A stretch of DNA of 64,000 nucleotides from Lytechinus pictus (taxonomy: Eukaryota), in assembly GCF_037042905.1 (NCBI RefSeq), contig NC_087252.1:13332001-13396000 (forward strand), in the 5' to 3' direction. Of the stretch, positions 23,309 through 37,170 are shown piece after piece (within the stretch, counting starts at the first letter, position 1; each line of letters begins with the position of its first letter). The notes under the pieces are model-generated. The model did not search any database and was not told the origin of the DNA. It worked only from the letters and a program-made list of their open reading frames with translations. The position numbers and the translations under genes were made by a program.

Positions 23309-26300
23309 ACAAGATTTTTAATAAAGAACATAGAACATTCATGTAGATGCTGCAAGAAAATGAATTCAATTCCCCTTTGGGCCATTATCATCTCTGAGTA
23401 ATCATCCAAAATGAACTTTTATAGTAAAAAGGCATTTAGTAATTTTGTCCAGAATTCAAAATAAGCATCTTTTTTTTGTCGAGAAAGACCACTTGTCACA
23501 CAAGCATAATGAAGTTTGCCTTATTATGTTGTTGCTTCAATTTAAGAGCCCTTGTCTATCAACTAATCATATGCCCCAATACTTTCCCCCTTGGAAGGAA
23601 TTGCAAAAACTTAAACAAATGGGAACCATGGGTAAACCTCATATTTTTAGAAAATTATGATCTTGCGAACCTCTCTCATTTGCTCAATGAAGAATATAGA
23701 TCGATATGCAAAGAATCATATGAAATATGCATTAAATTATTCTGAGAATAGTCCATGATAATGTTTCATATTTGACATTTTAATGTACTTGAAAGGACTT
23801 GATATTCAAAAGAAAATAATCTCTAACCATATGGGGTAGGTTATTAAGGATCAAAAAGAAAAACATGAATGTGGGAAAAGGAAATTCTCAGACAAAAAGT
23901 ATTCAATACTCACAAAGCCTCCAACTGCAGAAAAGTTAATATATTCCTTCGACATATTCCACTGGCATCAAGTACTATAATACTTTTGTGAGGGTTAGAA
24001 CTGAAGGGAGTGCTAGAGCAGAAAGTCATATTTTGCCAACATTTTGAGCATGAAATGACATTTTGGAAAAGTTCAAGCGTGAAATCTTATTTTGACACAA
24101 GTCAAAGAAACTCATTCGTATGAAATAGACTGTTTGACAATGACACAACATGAATAGAGACATGCACTATGCAACTTGTGTTCAGATTCCAGCATGAGAT
24201 TACGTTTTGAAACGTTCAGGCATGAAATTATATTATGACATAATACATAGAAACTCTATCATCTGCAAAAGTCTGCATTTGTCAGAACATGACACGAATA
24301 AGTGATAAACGGTATACAGCTCCCAGCTTTCAACTAATGTTATAAAACATCCAAGCGTGAAGTCATGTTTTGACAAAAAGTCACAGAAATTTTAATCTCA
24401 CACATCTGGAAGAGACATTGACACACGCAATAGGCAATTCATGCACTAGTCTGGTGAAACTCATAATGAAATTAATATCTCTCCAATAATTCATTTAATA
24501 GGTGACTTTGGATATAATTTATGTAGGTCTATAGGTCATATAAGACAGACTTTCAAAATATCTTTTGGACAAAAAGTTCATTTGTATCTTTCTGTTCATG
24601 TGATATGTACACAGGAATACGGTCACTGTTTAGAAATATGGAGACAGAGAATTCAGTAGTCAATCTTTATAGGATCAAAATTACTTCTGAAAAAACACAC
24701 ACACACACACACATATTATATCAAGATCACAGACTAAACAATATTACCATAACAGGTTATGAATCCAAATTATGTCCATATTTCAGCAAAGTAGACACTG
24801 ATCTAACAGACAAATCAAATGAATTTAAGATAGAGTAGGAGATGAAGATAATAGAGCGAGGGGGCAGAGAATGAGAGCGATTGATAGAGATAAGGAGAGA
24901 GGAATGGGGGCAGAGGGGGGGGGGGAGATAGGAGGAGGGGAAATAAAGGGAAAGAACGAAAGAGAGAGAGATAAGGTGATAAGGAGAGAGAGGGAAAGAA
25001 GGGAAACAAAGAAGTAGAGAGGGAGCAAGATGGGGAGGTATGGATGGAAAGGGGAGATATATGAAAAGTGTGTGAGAGAGAGGGGGGGGGAAGGGGACAA
25101 GATAGAGGTTAAAAAGAAAGTAAAATGAAATGAAGAAAGATATGGTGACAGGATAGGGGAGGAGGAAAGAGAAGAGAGTGATAGAGATAAAAAAAATATT
25201 CCAAAAGACATTCATATAGGTCCTATGTGATATATCAAGCCATATTGTTAGAGTATACTCACATGACATATTAAATTGAGCTCATAATCATATCAATAAA
25301 TTCAAATAAGAATAAATCCAACACCAAAAGTTAAAAATCCAGGATTTGCTCAGCAACTGTCATCAAAATGAATTGATGAACATCATTAATCCATGATCAT
25401 AGAGAAAACAAAATGAGATGCAAACAAAAAGGGTGTCCGCAAGAAAATCACTGAAGTACAGGGTAAAATTGTGCCTCTCAATACATATCAAGTTGAATTT
25501 CCACATCAAAATGCAAAAGAAACATTAATTTAACCTGCTCAAATTGCAGACAGATTCGTTTGGAGTTCACTCGGGTTAGGGTAGTCCAGCGAGTGTCGTT
25601 GACGTTCAGACACATCATCCAGCTGACCGCAAAATGCTGGAAGCTTGTCAACTTTCCGACAATTGGATTTGTGCATCGCTGAGCGGCTGATGACAGGCAA
25701 ACTATCGCTTTGTGAAGGAAATGTGGATTTGCCTGTGTTTCTAGCAGCCTGGATGTGCTCGTCTCTTGTTCTCTCTCTCTCTCCCTCTCTCTCTCATCTC
25801 TTTCTCCCTCTCTCTTCTCATCTTCCCTTCTCTCTCCTCTTCCTTCTTTCAATTTAATTTCTCTGGCTATCTTTAGATCTCCCACACTCTTTCTTTACCT
25901 ATCTTTTAATCATTCTTTCATGGCATTTTCTCTCTTTTCCTAGCTTTTTATTAAATCTAGATCTTTTATTCTCTCTCCATTGAATACTCATACTTCACTT
26001 ACAATTTCTGTCTATTATCATTCCACACCTACACAACCCCCTCCAGGGGATGGGGGTCTCTCACTCTATCTCTCTTCCTTTTTTACTCTCTCTCTCTCTC
26101 AAGTTCCGAATTATAATACAACACCCTTTTCTCATTCATCTCTCAGAGAATTTATTATTGACAAGTCTTCATTAAACTATTCCTGTTTCCTACATTTGTT
26201 AATCAATTAAACTTGTGTCTGTCATTGTCTGTGTCTAAACTTCTTTGTCTCTGTTATTTCCTCTCTCCATCTCTCTCTCTCTCTCTCTCACACTCATTCT

Positions 26301-28773
26301 CACTGCTTTATGCAGTTGGGGCCATGGCTCCCCCCCCCCCCAATTTTTTTTTTAAATAAAATTTTAGCCTCCTATTTTTGTGGGGGGTGGACTTTTCTCT
26401 AATTCCTATCCAAATTGTGCAATAGATCTTGTTTTCAATTAGAACATTTTATTTTTAGATAGGCACTATTTTTTGTTCAGATGCATTGCTACCTTGACTG
26501 TTTATCTTGAAAAATTCCTGCATATGACCATTCTCACTCTCTCTCTCTCTTTCCCATTCCCCTTTTCATGTATTTCACTTTCTTTCTCTTTCTTTCATTT
26601 TTCTCTTCATCTTCCCATCTCTCTCTTTCTCTTTCTATATCTCTAGCTCACTCTCTCGCAGGAAACAATCAATAGCAAAGCTTTTGCAAGCCCATCTGTG
26701 CTGATGTCCACAATAATCACTCAATACAAACAGAAGGAAACGCCCACTTACACAATCAGTCAAAATAATTCACATCTTCAAAAGCATTGCCATGACAACG
26801 ATTAATACGATTGCCTTTGTCACTTCTAAATGTCTTGCAAGATTTAATCTGTACCTCCCGAACCTCTAAACAGGTCACGAAGTGTAAATTTCACTTATCA
26901 GCTCCATACAAATGTAAAGACATAAATCAAAATATGCCTGTAAAATAAGAAAGTTTCAGCATTATTTCATTTTTTTCATTATTGGTATATGCAAATGAGA
27001 GGAGGATAATGATTTCATCTGCCCTTCGCCACACCAGACACCGCCATTCCATTCTGCAAAATTCATTGAAACTATAGCTTAACAAGTAGATAAGACGAGA
27101 AGGATATAAAGAACTGGGATAAAGTAATGAAAACGAAGACAAATAAAAGAAAATATATAAGGAGAGATAAACAATAGAAGGTAAAAACAAAAGAATGAAA
27201 TAGGAAACATGAAAAGAGAGGAAGATTGGAGGAAAAGAGAATAGCATAAGCATGATAAGAAAGTTAATATCTCAGAGCATATTATTGCAGAGCAATACTG
27301 GAAATGTGACCAGAGCAATAGTAAGCAGAGCAATCATTCTTCTGGAATATTTGTCTCATCTTTTGAGCAAATGTTGTATCATCCAATCTATTATTGAACA
27401 TTATTTTGCTTAATTTACTTCAGCTTGGGTTGACATGGATGTAAACATCTAAGACAGAATGAAGGATAAACAATTACATGTTTTTTAAGCCTGTAAATCT
27501 AACCAACAAATTGTTTAAACTTTTAAACAATTGCTTAAACTTATTGAAATTGTTGAAACTTTTCAAACAACTTGTTTAAAAGTTCAAACAATATTGGTAA
27601 GAGTGATGGGCTCAAACAACATGCTTAAACTTTAAACAGCGTCTCCAAAGTGTGGAGGTTTTGGAAAAGTGTCTTACAACCTTAATATGTTCTCATCATA
27701 TAACAGATGACCCAATAAACACTGAAAAGTACATTGTACCAATGTGACTTTAAAATGGAAAGGGATATATTGATCAAGGACCTGAGTTGAATTTCAAAGA
27801 CAGGCACATACAGATATGTCTGCCAATCAAAAAAAAAGTTTTGAATCTTTATCCTCCTTTAGGCATGTTCATATTGAACCATCTATGGTTATGCAAATGT
27901 TAATTTTGCAAAACTTAAAGGTCATCAGAAATTCATTCATCATGAGCGTTCCTATATGGAAATGAAATAATCAAACAGAATAAAATAGTTTCAGTACAAA
28001 ATAGCATGATTTCATTTTACAGAAGACCCTGATATCCTAATTTGTAGCTCTCGACTCGTGTGCTGTTTGACCACAAGAACAAGTGACTTTGGTAAAATGC
28101 AACTTTCATGCCATTTGGTCCATTTTAATAACATTTTTTTATAATTCCCATTAAGGTCACCCATTTTGTCTACAACCAACTTGGTCACACACTACTCAGT
28201 CTAAACAATTAGATGAACTTTTTTATGATCCAAATTTTTAACTGACAAGGTGCACAAATGTGAGTAGATGAGGTGGAAACCAAACATTATGGGCAATAGG
28301 GGTAGAATGACATTTAGCCCAAGTTAGAATGAGACCATCAATGATGGTGATACAAAGTTGAACTAATAATACTAAATAAGGGAAAACTTACAGAGGTGCT
28401 GGGGGTGAAAGAGCTCTGGAAACTATAAAAAGATGTAGGCCTGGAATCACCATTCACAAAAATGCTAAAGGCTAATCTGAATATTGCAGACTTTGGAAGT
28501 ATCTATGGTAAAAAGTAGCCATCAAAATAAAAATAATTTTTCCCTGGAATAAATTGACAGTACACCAAATGGGTTAGCCCAAGTGATATACTGTACATGT
28601 AATACATTACACCTGCAGACCAACTGAATGGTCCAAGTAAATAACGATCATGAATTCGCGAAGAATACAGGTATAAACTTCATGGCCTGCCGTGTGAACA
28701 TAACTCACTTATAATGTTAGGCCAAGAACACAGCTGAGCTCGTGAAAACAGGATGTGCCCCTGTTAGTCCTCC

Positions 28774-28788
28774 GTTACCCCGGGCAAC
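28774..28788. promoter_or_regulatory. RFX X-box GTTACC-CCG-GGCAAC in a CpG-retaining block
   Basis: Fits GTNRCC(N0-3)RGYAAC. Confidence 0.4.
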
Positions 28789-29704
28789 ACCCTCTCCGAT
28801 GAGAGATGCGCATTAGGCGCGCATTTACGGGAGATTTGTGGAGAAAGAAAATATGCCGGGCGATGTTGCCTATTTGTGGAGGGATGACAAACGGCAGAGA
28901 ATGGAAAGGAAGATATGTAAGGATCAAGTTTCTTTTGAAGACCATTGTTTCTCAGATTTCTGTTCATGGTTTTGACAGTAGCTCTTACACCCTTTCAGAC
29001 TAGCAAAAATAATGTTTATTAAAATGTTCTAATAAGAAGTAAATCACACAAACAGACATCCCAGCATGGTGCATAGCTTCTGAAGTATAAGAGGATGCTT
29101 TTAAAAAAATGGTTTAAAAAAAAACTTTGCTGTTTGCTTACTTGAATTATGACATTGAGAGAGATTTGCTCCATAAGCAGTGCGTCCCAGAAAAAAGGAA
29201 ACCAAGATTCCCATGTCTTTTTAATTCAAAGGCAAATTAATTATGATACTTTATTTACATAATCATGTAATTCAATTATTTCAACACTCACTTGTGTTAC
29301 AGTTAATTTAATAGCGTATTTTACCACTTGATGACGTGTTCATCTCCGACACCAACTTCTTAATGTCATAGGCATTTTATTAGGAAGGAATCCCAATTAC
29401 CAAGTCCCTTGGAAAGGACATATAGCTGTAAGTCCCCCGGTAACTTACAATTTATAAGCATTCAGGCTTTCCTACTTCGTCTACATTGAAAAAAAGAGCT
29501 TTCAAAACCTGTTTAAGAAACATTTTTATTAATGGTGTGAAAGTGGTGTATCCCTTTACACCTGTTTAGCTTGGTATCCCCAAAGTGACTCCTTCACAAA
29601 GCCCTTATGATGACAAGAACTCATCCTTGGTTTACTTTCGGAGGAAGAAGACACAGAAACTCAGCAGCAGCGGGACCATGCTCTCGATTCTTAAGTAGAA
29701 CTTG

Positions 29705-30307
29705 GACACCGTTCTCACTACCTTCCTAAAACTAGTTTAGTGGAAACTAGTTTAACGTGTAATGAGAACGGTCAAGCGATCTTTGATGCGATATTCCAAA
29801 CCGGTTCAGAGAACCACCTCGCGATGTAGTTTTCAAGATCGCTTTGCCTCGTTAAACTGGTTTTAGCGTAAGTGAGGACACAACCGTTCTACAGGAAGCG
29901 ATCTTCGCACATTTTGAGTGCGCTACTCCACACGACAGGTGTAGAATGCCTACGCTGCGGTTTCTTATTTCGTGCGAAACGTGTCACCCCGTTGAGAGCG
30001 TTTCCATAGCAACAAGATCGCTTAACGTGAAGTGATTTTGAAAACCACTTTCGTGTGATAAAATGGGAACGCTAGCGCTACTCCACACGACAGGTGTAGA
30101 ATGCCTACGCTGCGGTTTCAAATTTAGTGCGAAACGTGTCACCCCATTGAGAGCGTTTCCATAGCAACAAGATCGCTTAAGGTGATTTGATTTTGAAAAC
30201 CACTTTCGTGTGATCAAATGGGAACGCTAGCAAAGCGATCTTTCAAACTGGTTTCCTGAACCGGTTTTTAGTAAACTAGTTTTAGAAAGCATAATGAGAA
30301 CGGTGTC
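29705..30307. mobile_element. PIF/Harbinger-like MITE with an internal 155-bp tandem duplication
   Basis: TTG|GACACCGTTCTCA ... TGAGAACGGTGTC|TTG (3-bp TSD); 29920-30074 is repeated at 30075-30229. Confidence 0.88.
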
Positions 30308-31609
30308 TTGGTTGACACTTATCATGCAGTTGTTGGTTTCATAATTTCAAGAGGGAAATTGCAACTGGGTTTGGGTTTCATATTTCATTGTCACATTATT
30401 TCAGGGCTTAAATCAATCCATGGCCACCGAAGGCCATGGATGCCATTTCATTGGCCTTGATGCCCCCTCACTGGCCCTTTTAACCCGTTGCCTCCGAGAT
30501 TCTTTGAATCCCATAGGTTTTACACAGGGACCACCCGGTTCCCGTAAGCAATGGGTTAAAAATAGTTTTCCCTGTTTGTGCTGTAAGAAAAAAAAAAGTT
30601 CCCTTTTTTAATAGAAAAGTGGATTTGACTGGAAATAATTAAATTTAGGGCCGCTGTTCTAGCAGGCAAATCTAAATTATTTACAACGAATGTCCCTGAT
30701 AGTATAAAATGCTCATGTACCGTTACAATTTTCAACATTGAAAAATTTCAAACTTGAACGATATTCTTGGAATTGCACCATTGTAACCAAAACCCTAATA
30801 CCAGAGAAGGTATAAACTATAAAACATGGATGCCTGTATGCATCCTTCAGTTTTCAAACAAAAACTAACACAAATTAAATAATGACCTTTAGGAATACCA
30901 AGTAAAACAATTCATATTTTATCAGAACATTATCAAAGTGGCAGTTGTTGAGAAGAATGTTTTTTTTTTCACTTTTAATTGAACTTGATTATAATCACAG
31001 CCTGCATTTTGAGTTAATTGTACAAAAAATTACATGCTATAACTTTATTGCATTAAAAAAAATATAGGCAAGGCATCGTTTCTTAACACTACAAACACTG
31101 CCTTCCTATTTTCAAAGTGTTGAAAAATTAGCAAAACACTGATGTTCTATTTTATTTTTTTATTCAGGTTACCGAGTTGACATATTTTGTTTCGCAGTTT
31201 TGCATTGATTATGTTATCTTCCATTGCCATCCAACACTATGTTAATCGTCCAAACACCAAACTTCTTTCTGAAATCTGAGAGAGCTACAGGATCTAGGTA
31301 GTGAGCCCCGCTGGTCTGCAGATTACAGGAAGTCATCCGAGACATTTTAGGGGTGAAAGAGCTTTTCAAGAAAGCTAGAACTATCCTATCGTGGAATCGT
31401 AAAAAGTTGACATACATTTTTTTTAAATAAAGAAATCAGAGTTGTTTTAACAGTCTCATGCAAGGCGAAAATGATAATTAGAAACGAATATAGTACAAAA
31501 TCCATGCTGTTTTAATAGCAAAAATGGTTTAATATGCAACATATCAAGAAATACAAGGTTTCTACATTTGAAGTACTGCATATCCCTACATGTACATTAG
31601 TACAGCTAC

Positions 31610-31762
31610 TTGTACCTTGATAAGGTGCTTGAGCACTCAAAGAATCCCAATCCGGTATCCACTCATTACACCTGAATGGAGAGTGGCAAATTTAGATAAA
31701 TGCCTTGCCAAAGGACACAGGTGCTGCGGTGGTTAAAAATCTGGACCATCCGGGCACTAGAC
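31610..31762 (-). mobile_element. Degenerate tRNA-derived SINE relative
   Basis: ACCTTGATAAGGTGCTTGAGCAC resembles the 50.9-kb tail; CCGGTATCCACTCATTACACCTG...CCTTGCCAAAGGA resembles the 55.4-kb body. Confidence 0.45.
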
Positions 31763-31829
31763 TAAATAAGAGTTTGCCAAAGTGAATATTAGACAAAGTG
31801 ATGGTTGAACCAATTTGAATCTAGACCAA

Positions 31830-32049
31830 CATAGTAAAAACACTGTTTAAAAATGTAATCAATGCTGTAATATGAACATTACAGTGGTTGGTCAACTGTT
31901 TAAGCAACATGCTTTATTTATTTAGGATTACATAACAAACATTAAACTTTGTTGTTTAAGATTTTCGAAATTTGCTGTTTAAACAACTACTGCAAGGTTC
32001 TTTATAGTAAACAGCATAGTATAATATCTTTAGGCAGTATTTTACTGTG
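31830..32049. mobile_element. CACAG-terminal MITE, 2-bp TSD AA
   Basis: AA|CATAGTAAAAA ... TTTTTACTGTG|AA, inserted within TAGACCAA^GTGGG. Confidence 0.8.
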
Positions 32050-32332
32050 AAGTGGGTTGGGCCATGGTAGTGTTAGATTACTTGAGGATTACACCATCTG
32101 CTATTAGACCAAGTGGATACAAATCATCCAAGAAACTTTGAACTTGTTTTGAGGGGAGACAGGTTCAGGAAAGACCGGACTCCTGTTTTATTGATGATTC
32201 ACAAAATCAAATCACACCCACAATAGTTGAAATACATTTTGCCCGATTTTGGAGAGAGATAAGCTCATAGCTGAAATCTGATCAGTGCATTCATATTTTG
32301 TACAAGGTCATTAGCGCTGACTGGAAAGTTCA

Positions 32333-32473
32333 CGGGAGCCTTTCATGAAGTTAATAGTCGGTGATTTTTCACTGACTAATTTGTTGTGAGCCAATCAGAT
32401 GCAAGGATTTCAGTAGCTTATAACAGCTGTCAGTGAAAATCACTGAACATTTGTTTCATGAAACTCTCCCCAG
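32333..32473. mobile_element. CCAATCAG-centred MITE (best-preserved copy)
   Basis: GGGAGCCTTTCATGAAG ... TTTCATGAAACTCTCCCCAG; internal inverted GTGATTTTCACTGAC/GTCAGTGAAAATCAC. Confidence 0.8.
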
Positions 32474-33298
32474 TTCTGCTTGTGTGATTATTGGCATTCA
32501 TATTAGTCATATGGAATACGAAACAGCATCAAGAATGATGTGAAAGATTTGTATTTTTAGCATTTTTCAGAACTGATAATGACACTGTATACAAGTTCAA
32601 TATAATTTTCACATTGCATGAATGAAAGTGAATAAATTTTCACAGGAGCTAAGGACTTTTATATTCATGCTGAGTTTTTTATCCTTCAGTCACTCTGAGA
32701 CCAGAGTGTGTTTCATGTATCTGACTGATTTGCTCTTCAGCCAATCAGCTGCAAGGATTTCAGTAGCTTATAACAGATTTCGCTAATTGTTTTATGAAAT
32801 GCTGCCCAATAAAGAGAGTTAATAAGCATTTAAATCTGTTCACTCCAATTTACATTTAATTTTTATCTAATTTCAATTTGTAAAGACATTTTTTTTTCAC
32901 TCATCTTCAGAGAGAGTGAGAGTAGCTCATATAGTGGCAATACAAATTTGGACAAAGTGATGTTGATGTCAGTGCTTTTATCAAAGCAGTTGTTAAATAT
33001 TAAACGGTGTGATCGATGTGTTTAAGGCCTATACTGAAAGTACTACTAACAGTTAAGTGAACTATATGCTGACATGTTATCAATATCAATATGATCAATA
33101 TAATGTATGTAGGCCCTATATGTAAAGCTGTGCTGCTTTTATATATATATATATATATATAAAGCCATTTACAACCAATATGGATGCAGAAGGCATAAAC
33201 CCGGCATAAAACCATTTTTCCATCCATCCATCCATCCACCGACAAACTCCTCCATAATATTTTATGAGCGTGCCTCCTCTCTGTGTTGATACTGGCTG

Positions 33299-33312
33299 GT
33301 TGCCATGGAAAC
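33299..33312. promoter_or_regulatory. RFX X-box GTTGCCATGGAAAC
   Basis: Near-perfect canonical X-box outside recognisable repeats. Confidence 0.45.
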
Positions 33313-33403
33313 ACAAAATTAATTTCCTCTTCCACCGCAGACACTACAAATTTTCGCAGACACGAGGGGGTACTACAATTTGGCTGCATTTCAGAGGAAT
33401 AAC

Positions 33404-33570
33404 CGGGTGGGTGTTTCATAAAGCTGTTCTTAAGTTAAGAGCGACTTTAAGATCCTTTCTTACGCGCTAAAACATCGTCAATGGTGCATACCATTTACCA
33501 AAAGAAAGGATCACCAGTCGTTCTTAAAGTCGCTCTTATCTTACGAACAGCTTTATGAAACACCCGCCTG
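33404..33570. mobile_element. Palindromic MITE (GTGGGTGTTTCATAAAGCTGTTC family)
   Basis: Long inverted arms GGGTGTTTCATAAAGCTGTTC.TAAG.TAAGAGCGACTTTAAGA / TCTTAAAGTCGCTCTTA.CTTA.GAACAGCTTTATGAAACACCC. Confidence 0.88.
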
Positions 33571-33823
33571 GTAAAAATAGACAATAGAATGATTGAATTC
33601 GATCCAATTTTCATGCAATTTGTGAGTGAAATTTACAAAGTATATTGTTATTGTAAGGAATCAGGAATCCAGTGACACATCAGTGAGGGAATGAACTCTT
33701 CTTCGCCAGGAAAGGAAATAAGGGGTACAAATTCCATCCTACATGTACATGCCATACAGAGTGTTTGTCATGACAAACTGGGCTGAACTTGTTTTGAATA
33801 CGTTTCATAAGCAATTATGAGTT

Positions 33824-34099
33824 CAGGGCCCCGTCTTACAAAGAGTTATGATTGATCCAATCAATCGTAACTATGGAACTCCATCAGTGTCACAATTTTT
33901 TTCTACAGGAAATTTGCAAAATGTCCTTTGTAAACAAAGAGAAGAACAGTGAATTTGCAAGAAAACTTTGAATGCATGAAAATACATCATAGAAAATATT
34001 TTGATCAAACATGCATAATAGATGTTGACGTCACTGGCCGTCCACAGTTGTGATTGATTGGATCAATCGTAACTCTTTGTATAAAGACGGGGATCTCTG
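33824..34099. mobile_element. MITE (CCCCGTCTTACAAAGAG family)
   Basis: ACAAAGAGTTATGATTGATCCAATCAATC versus GATTGATTGGATCAATCGTAACTCTTTGT. Confidence 0.8.
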
Positions 34100-36774
34100 C
34101 ATAGAAATTGTCAGATAGGGATAGAATTCACATCGATTTATTAATTTCCATTTTCAAATACAAGTTAAACAGAAGAAAAACACAATTTTAAATAATTTAA
34201 TATCTCAAGTGCATAATGCCCTATAATAGTCACATCTTTGTTTCAGGTTCAATATAAGTATAAGTCTTATGACTTAATAGCCAATATGAAGAGTTCTAAA
34301 ATAATTTGTATTGTTTGAACACTCTGAAAAAAAACCAGAAACTAATTTTCTATTTTCCAGCCAATTTCAAAGTACATGCTTATCAAAATTTACAATTATC
34401 AAGTTTGCAGAATCCAAAAATTCATCATCATATATAAGAATAAAAAGCAACTTGATTTATAAAAAGCAAGCTTAAAATAATTCACTAGGATTACATTTGG
34501 AATCGCCATTAAGGTACTAAAGACAGCTAGGGTATTCAGATATCGCAGATACATGTAGTAATTACCTCTTTAAAACAGGAGGATTAGAACTTAAACTACA
34601 CATTAGCTCGTTGATTCCTGTAGCTTGACCCAGGATTTGCGTAAATCCTTGACCTAACGATGTAAAGATCGCTTCTCAAGGATATTCGATAGAACAGGTT
34701 GGTAATCAAGTCAGGAAAATTGCCCCTTCCCTTCCCTATCAAATCTACTTGATATTCCTCCAGGCCTTTTAAAGTAGTCTTCTATGTAGACACAGTGATT
34801 CTAGTACCCACAAGGACCCTAGAATTTGAGGGAGAGGTTATTTTGAGATCCTAAATATGGCCGGATTGTGATTCAGACTTTTCCTAAATTCAGAAAAAAA
34901 GACATAATTTAAAAGCTCCTAACTCCTGTTCTCTCCCCATCCCACCTCTTATTTTTCCATCCTACTCTTTCTCTAGGGAAAAAATATGGGGGGCTAAGGG
35001 CTAATTCCCCCCCCCCCTCGCTCCAAAATAATGCCCATAAGGGCCCTGGAAAAGAAACTATAAAATGTCCCCTGAAGTTCCCAAAGGTTTTAATGTAAAC
35101 TGTAATACAATGTCAGCCTAGCTATATTACAGGAACTTAAGGCTGCTCGAGTGAAGGGCTAGTACAGCAAACAACACCCCCCCCCCCCCAGCTCTCTCCT
35201 ACCACAAATTTTCACACTTCTCTAGTTTCAGTAAATCATCTCTGGAAATCATCTCCGATATTTGACTTCTGAACCCAATCTAGATGTTTGGCGTTCCTGT
35301 CATGGCTTATGAATTGAAGCAGAGTGATAATCTTACAAATGCAGTAGTTTCAATATTCTCAGGTTTCATGTGAATTAACCCCTGTAAGCGAGATTTCCAA
35401 TGATCTTAATGATGTTAAATACTAGCTCCAAACTGAGAAAGTGTTGATTTTGAAGAGTCAACCTACATAAAAAAGAGCCTCCTGAAGGTGAGGTGAAGTC
35501 CAACCCCAAAAAGAATACTTTGGAAAAAAAAGTGGAATGTCAAACAAACATAATCCTGAGAAATGAAATCATCTTGAAGAATGTACTAAAATAGGAAAGT
35601 TTCAAAATTTTGCTCATTTTCACAGCACAACAGGTTGAGTTTAAGATTGTGTGGACAAGGACATTGTCCTAAACATTGAACAGGATAATGACAGTTTATC
35701 ACAATCTTGATTTTGTTTCAGATGATAGGAAATAAAGTTTTTTTTTAAAATCAAAGACGTGTACAGTACACATGTACATTGATCTTGATAGTCATAATGG
35801 ATAATGGTGATGATGTGATGCATCCACAATGCCATGACGTCGCTATGAAGCAGTCCACTATGTTGAAAATCTAAAACATCCTGAATATAAAATGTCTTAT
35901 CAAAAGTCTTGGTTCAAAAATGGGTCTTACCTGAACAGACTATCCATATGTCCCAGCTTATGAGTACATGTAAAAGGTCCTGAATAAAAGAAACCAGTTT
36001 TAAAAAGTAAAAAAAAATCAATTGAAGTAAAATCCAAGGGCAGTTAGACAAAGAGAAGGTTAAACGAAGTGGGATTACATTATATAGATTTGGGTCCGTT
36101 TAATAAACACTTGTTATTTCTATAACAACTTTACTATCAGCCAATCAGATTGAAAGATTACGGTAGCTTTTCAGTCATTGTGAATTTGTTATTAGAATAA
36201 TTTTAATGAAACGGACTACTGAATCGCGATCTGAAAGATACTTACTTTTTATGACCGGGAATTATGAGGGACATTGAACACACCGTACACACCCCAATGA
36301 GTTTAGACCTAGTGAAATTGGACCCAATAAAATTTTGACCAACTTGGATCAAACTACAGGAATTGGAACTTGTGGAATAGAACCAAGTGGGGTTGGACCA
36401 AGTGGGATTAAAATCAAAGCAAATATAAGCGACATAGCTTTTACAAGATGACAGGGCAAAAAAAAAATCTCCCCCCTCCCCTCCTCTCTCTCATACACTC
36501 ATAAATGAAAAAACAGGGACATAAATTTGACCTGTTGGTGCTCCTCCCTACATCTTCAAAGATGAGCAAGGGAAGATATGCTACAAAGTTTATAAACAAC
36601 TGACCTTAACAGATCTCACTTTGGAATGGTGATGATTTCTGACAAGGAAAGTAAAGGAGAAGATTCGGTAGGGATCTCTACATTTTCAAGTGCAGTGAGT
36701 CGTTAGAATGATGACAACAGTATACTTGATGAAAGTTGCAGATGGATTGCAATGATAAAGAATAGATCAAAGTG

Positions 36775-37170
36775 TGGGTGTTGTTGATGATGATGATAAA
36801 GATGATGATGGTGATGATGATGATAATGACAATGATGATTACGGTGATGATGGTGATGGTGATGATGATGGTGATATTGATGAAGATAAGGACAATGATG
36901 ATTATGGTGATGATGGTGATGGTGATGATGATATTGATGATGATAATGACGATGATTATGGTGATGATGATGATTATGATGATGATGGTGATGATTATGA
37001 TGATTATAATGATGATATTGATGATGATAATAATGATGATGATTATGGTGATGATGGTGATGGTCGTGATTATCATGATGATGGTGAAGATGATGGCGGT
37101 GGTGGTGTTATTGTGATGATGATGTTGTTGATGCTGATGATGATGGTGATGATATTGATGAAGGTAATGG
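36775..37170. repeat. Degenerate (GAT)n trinucleotide tract
   Basis: Produces the poly-D/M/I pseudo-ORFs in the track. Confidence 0.95.
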
